Virus record (IMG/VR): IMGVR_UViG_3300047172_000021
Span: 1 to 37,902 of that record
Length of the DNA: 37,902 bases
Source of the DNA: a virus
Strand: one strand, 5' to 3'
The notes beneath the pieces are model-generated. The model did not search any database. It was not told the origin of the DNA and worked only from the letters and a program-made list of their open reading frames with translations. Shown here one piece after another: positions 33,369-37,902 of this stretch; positions within the stretch are counted from its first letter, which is position 1, and each line of letters starts with the position of its first letter. The position numbers and the translations under genes are program-made.

Positions 33369-33957
33369 GTTTCTTCCTCACTTGGCCGCCTGTGATCCAT
33401 TGCCATATTGCTTTGTACCAGGGCGCTTCAACCCAAACGACAGGCTTTGGCTGTTCTGTGACGATTGGCTTTAGGTTCACGGCTCTTTGTCTGATTTCTT
33501 CTTCTGTCACTTGAGCCGGCGGAGAGTAAAGGAAGGCCTGGATCCCTGACTCTTTCTTTTCGGCACTTGTAGCTGATAAATGCACGTCTGGAGGTAACAG
33601 CTTTTTATCAACCCATACCTTTGTATTGATCTGTTGTTCGTTTTTAGGCGATCGTCTGCGCTTCTCTTCGGTGAGTATTTCATCGACCGTCATGGATCTA
33701 ACGCCAACCATTTTAGCTAACACTGAGGTGTCCCCAGTTTTAACATAATGATCAACGGCGTCTTTATCCACATAGGCTGATAGTGGAACAACTCGAGCTT
33801 GGGCTTCAGCATCCTTCATTGGATCACGCTCTAGGATCGCCCTTGCTGAGGCCGGCTGACTGGCTAAGACTTTCGGATCCAGGTCAGCCGCAGTGATGGG
33901 CTTATCTAGGCGCTCAAAAAGATAGGGCTTGCTGTTTAATTCTTTAAGCTTTGCCAT
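33358..33957 (-). CDS. Hypothetical protein (~199 aa)
   Basis: ORF track 33358..33987. I prefer the ATG at 33955-33957 (MAKLKELN...), which is preceded by AAAGGAAGA. The longer start is not excluded. Confidence 0.45.
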   Translation of the reverse strand: MAKLKELNSKPYLFERLDKPITAADLDPKVLASQPASARAILERDPMKDAEAQARVVPLSAYVDKDAVDHYVKTGDTSVLAKMVGVRSMTVDEILTEEKRRRSPKNEQQINTKVWVDKKLLPPDVHLSATSAEKKESGIQAFLYSPPAQVTEEEIRQRAVNLKPIVTEQPKPVVWVEAPWYKAIWQWITGGQVRKKHED

Positions 33958-34303
33958 TCTTCCTTTGTGCTCCGACTTGTTGTGCATCGCTCACTTGGGC
34001 TGTTTTGAAGTTACCGACAACACTTGGATGACTGATGTTTTCAACGGGCTTTAAAGGCTCAGCTTTTGGGTATTTCATTTCATATTGCCAATCAGAATGT
34101 TTTTCAGCGATCATGCTAAGAACCGAAGGTTCCGGGACGACTGCAATCTCTCCGTTATATTCAACAAAAAGCCTGCCTTTTGCGTCATCAAACATGAGGG
34201 CTACGCCTTTAGTTTGTTCAGCCTTTATTTTTTCTCCGAAGTTTTTCCCTGCTACAAATAGCGGGGCATGGACTTGCACGAATTTTAGTTTCACTTTTGA
34301 CAT
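33944..34303 (-). CDS. Hypothetical protein (119 aa)
   Basis: ORF track. SD is AAAGGAGACAAT-ATG (plus 34304-34316). Confidence 0.5.
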   Translation of the reverse strand: MSKVKLKFVQVHAPLFVAGKNFGEKIKAEQTKGVALMFDDAKGRLFVEYNGEIAVVPEPSVLSMIAEKHSDWQYEMKYPKAEPLKPVENISHPSVVGNFKTAQVSDAQQVGAQRKNGKA

Positions 34304-34315
34304 ATTGTCTCCTTT

Positions 34316-34828
34316 TTAAGCAAATGGATCAAACACCACCAGGGGCTTGTCTGATTCAATGATTGGGTTGTTATTGTATTTAGAGGCCCATATCGATATC
34401 CCAATATGGGTAAGGTGGGTGATAATCATAAACGGGTCTTTTGTGAGCGCTCGGCCTATGCCCGTACGCCTGTAGTCCTTATTTACGTAGCAGTAATGAA
34501 GCTTATAGGGCTCAACCAAGGACCAACCAAGAACCGTGTCATAGTCGTCTGAAAGAACGGCAAGCTTTACGACAGCCCCAGGTCTTGCGAGCAATGATCT
34601 GATGTATCTTTGATAATTTTGGTAATAAGAATTGTTCTCAATTAGCTTAAAATACTCATTTCCGTATTTGAGGGATCTGAGCATTTTAGAGAGGATCATT
34701 GGTTCATAGTTTTTTGGAAGCAGGGATCCTGGATATAGGATTATGTCGAACGAACTTTGATCACCCTTTTTTTCTGAGGGTTCTCTTTGAGGTTCATCTG
34801 TTTCATGGTCCAGCTTCGAATCTTCCAT
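34316..34828 (-). CDS. GNAT-like acetyltransferase domain protein (start uncertain)
   Basis: ORF track, 170 aa. Motif-A-like segment: LGWSLVEPYKLHYCYVNKDYRRTGIGRAL. The first 88 nt overlap the upstream ORF. An alternative start is M44 (34699). Confidence 0.55.
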   Translation of the reverse strand: MEDSKLDHETDEPQREPSEKKGDQSSFDIILYPGSLLPKNYEPMILSKMLRSLKYGNEYFKLIENNSYYQNYQRYIRSLLARPGAVVKLAVLSDDYDTVLGWSLVEPYKLHYCYVNKDYRRTGIGRALTKDPFMIITHLTHIGISIWASKYNNNPIIESDKPLVVFDPFA

Positions 34829-35238
34829 AAGTGCTCAAACCTTCTCTTTTTATACATGATCGTCATACCATGTATTTTAAAACCCATGTTTTCTAAGCGC
34901 GCCCGAATCTCCGTATTGAATTTACCCTCAGCCGCCAAAGACATAATCATTTTATCGGCAGGGTCATTAAAGGCATAAGTCTCCGCCTTCTCTGAAACCA
35001 TTTGATAGTAAAGCTCCTTGGCTGAGAGGTTTATTATGTCCTCGGTTAAAATAACCGTGGGCTCTCTCAAGTTCCTAAAGCCTGTTGAGTCTGTGAACTC
35101 GGCGTCCTTGAATTCATTTTCTTCAAGCTTTTTGTCCCATTGTTTTGATAACTCTTTAAACTCCTCTGAATCAAAAGATGAGCTTCTTCGTCTCTTCCAA
35201 AGCTTATTGTGCTTTCTTTTCTTGTGGACTTGGATCAT
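34741..35238 (-). CDS. Basic protein with a C-terminal sigma-70 region-4/LuxR-like HTH (candidate transcription factor)
   Basis: ORF track 34741..35274. ATG at 35236-35238. The C-terminal DKMIMSLAAEGKFNTEIRARLENMGFKIHGMTIMYKKRRF has the spacing of a region-4-type HTH. This is my reading only. Confidence 0.4.
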   Translation of the reverse strand: MIQVHKKRKHNKLWKRRRSSSFDSEEFKELSKQWDKKLEENEFKDAEFTDSTGFRNLREPTVILTEDIINLSAKELYYQMVSEKAETYAFNDPADKMIMSLAAEGKFNTEIRARLENMGFKIHGMTIMYKKRRFEHLWKIRSWTMKQMNLKENPQKKRVIKVRST

Positions 35239-35647
35239 CAATAGCACCTGTTTCGGCTGTTGATGTCGCTGCATCTGTTTTTGATTTGTTTTCTAAAACT
35301 TTCGCGGCAGCTTTTGCAATTGAGGCATTCTTAATTTCCATAAGCTTTGCATGCGCTATTTGATTGCAAGCAGACTTCCGAAGATAGTGAATGAAATAAG
35401 CGTCTTCTTTAAAGTCCTCTGTCGGACCCAAGTGCATGATCATTTCGGCGAGTGCAAATTTTTGGCTGTCATGTTCTGCCTGACATAGCGCCCCTGAAAT
35501 GATCCGATCGGACCACTCTTCAAATTCAGTCATTCCCATTGGAAGCGGTCTTCGCTCTAAGAGCTGATCTGCAATCACTGCCGTTGGTGTGTTGACCGTG
35601 TTTTTGCCTATGATCTTTGATTTGATCTTATGGAATAGGTTTTTCAT
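35204..35647 (-). CDS. Hypothetical protein (147 aa)
   Basis: ORF track. SD is GAGGTAAAA-ATG. Confidence 0.5.
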   Translation of the reverse strand: MKNLFHKIKSKIIGKNTVNTPTAVIADQLLERRPLPMGMTEFEEWSDRIISGALCQAEHDSQKFALAEMIMHLGPTEDFKEDAYFIHYLRKSACNQIAHAKLMEIKNASIAKAAAKVLENKSKTDAATSTAETGAIDDPSPQEKKAQ

Positions 35648-35649
35648 TT

Positions 35650-35919
35650 TTACCTCACGACAGAAAGTTTAGAGGGTTCAATTGAGACTTGGTCCAATGG
35701 AAACCCGCAGTTGTATTTTTTGGCAAAATCGTCTTGATGTTCTGGCGGACGATCAACGGGCCACGCGACGGAGACCTCGTCACAAGACGCCGATATAACG
35801 CCACGAAAGGAAACGCCCGGAATCGTGGAGGGTACTTCCGTGAATTTTGCATTCTTCCCCAAGCGCTCCACGATCTTATCGATGTCTTTTTTTAGGCAAC
35901 GTCTAACCGGAACCGTCAT
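35650..35919 (-). CDS. Hypothetical protein (89 aa)
   Basis: ORF track. ATGA overlap with the upstream gene. Confidence 0.5.
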   Translation of the reverse strand: MTVPVRRCLKKDIDKIVERLGKNAKFTEVPSTIPGVSFRGVISASCDEVSVAWPVDRPPEHQDDFAKKYNCGFPLDQVSIEPSKLSVVR

Positions 35920-36194
35920 TGCACAGTCTCTTCTGGAGCAAGCGCTTTTTCGGCAACGGCTTTAGCCTGCTCTGCCTGTTCTTTTTGCATCTTTTTGTTT
36001 GTTTTCTCGATTTTGTCTGCGATATTTTCGATTTTAAGCATCAATTTATGCTGTCTCTCTTGTGCTTTTTGTTCCTCAAAGCACGAAATCCCATATTCTG
36101 CCGCCATTTGCGTAAATTGATTCAATAGGGTTTGGATTTCAGAAGGCTCATTTGGAGGCAACGGAATCTCACTGGTTTGTGCTTGAGTTTCCAT
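35916..36194 (-). CDS. Hypothetical coiled-coil protein (92 aa)
   Basis: ORF track. TAATG coupling. Confidence 0.5.
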   Translation of the reverse strand: METQAQTSEIPLPPNEPSEIQTLLNQFTQMAAEYGISCFEEQKAQERQHKLMLKIENIADKIEKTNKKMQKEQAEQAKAVAEKALAPEETVQ

Positions 36195-36454
36195 TATCGT
36201 TTGCCTTTTTTAGACACAATTTTTGCGGAATTGGCTTTTGCGATTGCATCTGCTTGTGCTTTTTGAAACGATTGCGCCTGCAGCATCTCAAATTCTTTAT
36301 GGAGATTCATGACCTTTTTTTTTGAGGCCTGAATAAGATTAGGAATGCGATCTAAGTTCGCCACATGCTCACCGAGCGTTGTGCATTCTTTGATGTATTC
36401 TTGCTGAACTTGAGAAATCAGCCGGTCTGGCGTTTGCGATGTTTGTTGATCCAT
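36194..36454 (-). CDS. Hypothetical coiled-coil protein (86 aa); first gene of the leftward early operon
   Basis: ORF track. SD is GAGGAGATTTA-ATG. Confidence 0.5.
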   Translation of the reverse strand: MDQQTSQTPDRLISQVQQEYIKECTTLGEHVANLDRIPNLIQASKKKVMNLHKEFEMLQAQSFQKAQADAIAKANSAKIVSKKGKR

Positions 36455-36484
36455 TAAATCTCCTCGAGGAAAGCGTTGTTTATT

Positions 36485-36513
36485 TCCATTAAGGATTCTG
36501 GATTATGCTTTTA
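36485..36513 (-). promoter_or_regulatory. Conserved element, copy e (TAAAAGCATAATCCAGAATCCTTAATGGA; block 1 perfect, block 2 degenerate)
   Basis: Read directly. Intergenic, ends 31 nt upstream of the 36454 start. Confidence 0.4.
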
Positions 36514-36547
36514 TTTCCAAGGTAAACCTGATTGTGAATATCATTTT

Positions 36548-36572
36548 CACCTTGATTATAGAATTCAAGGTG
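36548..36572. promoter_or_regulatory. Palindromic operator CACCTTGA-N9-TCAAGGTG overlapping -10-like boxes on both strands
   Basis: Perfect 8-bp inverted repeat. The spacer contains TATAAT on the minus strand (36555-36560) and TATAGAAT on the plus strand. A third half-site, CCAAGGT, is at 36517-36523. The operator lies 15 nt upstream of the plus-strand RHH gene. Confidence 0.5.
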
Positions 36573-36586
36573 TCTTTAATTGATGT

Positions 36587-36766
36587 ATGAAAGATGTGCC
36601 AAAGCTTAAAAGACATACGCTCACCGAGCGCTTTACTCTTCCAGTTGATAAGGGAATGCGTGATCAGCTTTATTCTTTAAAAGAGAATCATAATATAAAT
36701 ATATCGGAATGGGTTCGCAGAATCTTGCGAAGAGAGCTAGACTCTATATCTAAAGATCTAAAATAG
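36587..36766 (+). CDS. Ribbon-helix-helix (Arc/MetJ/CopG-like) DNA-binding protein, 59 aa
   Basis: Not in the track (under 60 aa). Translation: MKDVPKLKRHTLTERFTLPVDKGMRDQLYSLKENHNINISEWVRRILRRELDSISKDLK. It shows the pattern beta-strand (ERFTLPVD), helix, helix. It is one of only two convincing plus-strand genes. The 3' end overlaps the convergent gene by 17 nt. Confidence 0.65.
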   Translation: MKDVPKLKRHTLTERFTLPVDKGMRDQLYSLKENHNINISEWVRRILRRELDSISKDLK

Positions 36767-36953
36767 GTTTATTGTCCATTAGTCTAAAAATTACCTCAAA
36801 ACGTCTCATGTGTCCCTCTATAGCTTCAGAAATTATGGCTTTAGATTCTTTTGGATTTGAGTCAATGACTGTGACAGACAGGTCCGACTCTTCAATTTGA
36901 GCCCTGACCTCAACTTTAGACTTAAACTCCTTTAACAGATCGACTGCAGACAT
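36750..36953 (-). CDS. Hypothetical protein (67 aa)
   Basis: ORF track 36750..37004 starts at TTG. The ATG at 36951-36953 (MSAVDLL...) is preceded by GAAGGGA. Confidence 0.45.
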   Translation of the reverse strand: MSAVDLLKEFKSKVEVRAQIEESDLSVTVIDSNPKESKAIISEAIEGHMRRFEVIFRLMDNKPILDL

Positions 36954-37241
36954 ATTGCATCCCTTCTGTGAACTACAGAATAAAGCAATGACGCATAAAA
37001 GCAAGCGGTATTGGTCTAGTTTTTATGTCAAGGAATATATTTTCTTGATTTTCAAAAACGGCGCGACCCGGAACAAATCCTGCCAGCCGCGAGAAATTAT
37101 TTCTTAGTTGGCTTTTTGGTTTTAGCTTTTGCTTTTGCCATTTTTGACTCCTTTACAATTTTAATTGTTTTTGGTTTGGACATATCTTTAGCAATTTTGG
37201 TAACTATCCCTCAGCGACAAGTAGCTCATTTAGACCCCCCT

Positions 37242-37415
37242 TTAGAATATAAAAGTACGGTTGAGCGAGGCTTGCACAGCCCCGCGAGTCACATCAAACT
37301 TTTTCGAAATCTCAGCCAATGACTTTCCAGCCTTCCGCATTTTTCGCACTTTCGCGTCGTCGATTTTTTTAGGCCGTCCTTTGGTTGGCTCATGTCCACA
37401 GTTCGGGCATTTCAT
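37242..37415 (-). CDS. Zn-ribbon plus Hin/resolvase-type HTH small DNA-binding protein, 57 aa
   Basis: Not in the track (under 60 aa). Translation: MKCPNCGHEPTKGRPKKIDDAKVRKMRKAGKSLAEISKKFDVTRGAVQASLNRTFIF. ATGA overlap with the upstream gene stop at 37412-37415. Confidence 0.6.
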   Translation of the reverse strand: MKCPNCGHEPTKGRPKKIDDAKVRKMRKAGKSLAEISKKFDVTRGAVQASLNRTFIF

Positions 37416-37738
37416 TCCTCGCCCCTGACCTTGCTGTCTAAACGCATCAGGCGAATGGCTTCTGTCCTAATCCAATTGGCCGTTTCGATGTCGCCCTTGC
37501 GGCCCATGGTTTCCTCGCGCTCTAAAAGCATATTAAGTAACCGGACAGTGGGCTGAATTGATTCTAAAAGCTCAGGAGCCGCCGCGATCAATCTCGCGTT
37601 AGCATGGCATTCCGCAAGGCTCTCTAAACTGTTATCATGAACATCAAATTTTGCCCCCGTATAGGCTACAGGCGTTGCCTTTGGGCCTGCGTAGACAGTG
37701 CAATTATTATACTTCCATGGTCCTAGTGTGTATTTCAT
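37412..37738 (-). CDS. Hypothetical conserved phage protein (108 aa)
   Basis: ORF track 37412..37768. The ATG at 37736-37738 (MKYTLGPWKY...) overlaps the upstream TAA (TAATG). It contains the ANARLIAAAPELLE motif that I recall from many uncharacterised phage proteins. Confidence 0.55.
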   Translation of the reverse strand: MKYTLGPWKYNNCTVYAGPKATPVAYTGAKFDVHDNSLESLAECHANARLIAAAPELLESIQPTVRLLNMLLEREETMGRKGDIETANWIRTEAIRLMRLDSKVRGEE

Positions 37739-37896
37739 TAGGCAACCCCCACCAGGGAGATTGCCCACTCGCGATTGCCCTGGATGCGCTGGGCCTTTTT
37801 CAGTGCCGCTGATTCGGTGCGGGCTTTTACTTCCAACATTTTCTCGCTAGGGCCAGAGATTCCGTATTCGATTACTTTGAATTTGAAGGTTTTCAT
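37738..37896 (-). CDS. Hypothetical small protein (52 aa) spanning the repeat/circular junction
   Basis: Not in the track. Translation: MKTFKFKVIEYGISGPSEKMLEVKARTESAALKKAQRIQGNREWAISLVGVA. AAGGAG lies 6 nt before the ATG. The 5' 121 nt are also present as the duplicate at 1..121. Confidence 0.5.
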   Translation of the reverse strand: MKTFKFKVIEYGISGPSEKMLEVKARTESAALKKAQRIQGNREWAISLVGVA

Positions 37897-37902
37897 TTTC
37901 GT
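37776..37902. repeat. Terminal direct repeat, copy 2 (identical to 1..127)
   Basis: Read directly. See copy 1. Confidence 0.95.

Overview
The first 127 bases are repeated exactly at 37776..37902, so the window looks like one complete, circularly closed tailed-phage genome with a unit length of 37,775 bp. Gene order resembles a podovirus. All convincing genes except two are on the minus strand and tightly packed, often with ATGA or TAATG start/stop overlaps.

Reading in the direction of transcription (descending coordinates):
- **Early block (37.9 to 33 kb):** small proteins, including a Zn-ribbon/HTH protein, a plus-strand ribbon-helix-helix (RHH) repressor-like gene with a palindromic operator, a protein with a sigma region-4-like HTH, and a GNAT-like protein.
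- **DNA methyltransferase (30954..32705):** a beta-class MTase that carries an HNH endonuclease ORF in another frame.
- **Packaging and head genes:** large terminase, portal, scaffold and major capsid.
- **Tail and virion genes:** fibre genes, a 1048-aa tail protein, a GNAT moron, three large internal-virion-like proteins and a 793-aa fibre.
- **Lysis cassette:** small TM protein, GH25 endolysin and a lipoprotein.
- **Recombination/accessory block (5.4 to 0.4 kb):** DUF559 endonuclease, XRE regulator, Gp157-like protein, RecT, and two extreme low-complexity proteins (Ala-rich and Gly-X repeat).

I did not recognise a DNA polymerase, primase/helicase, RNA polymerase, integrase, tRNA or CRISPR array.

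The observations I consider most unusual are:
1. The HNH gene sits inside an unbroken methyltransferase ORF and is bracketed by a recoded duplication of an MTase motif.
2. A conserved ~29-nt element (TAAAAGCATAG-N8-AATATTGAGG on the minus strand) occurs six times in the same orientation.
3. A 386-nt non-coding region rich in tetraloop hairpins lies upstream of the DUF559 gene.
4. A (Gly-X)n protein and an Ala-rich repeat protein are encoded close together in the recombination block.
5. A short A-x-GG-x-V motif recurs 11 times across virion proteins.

All functional calls rest on motif recognition by eye, with no searches run.
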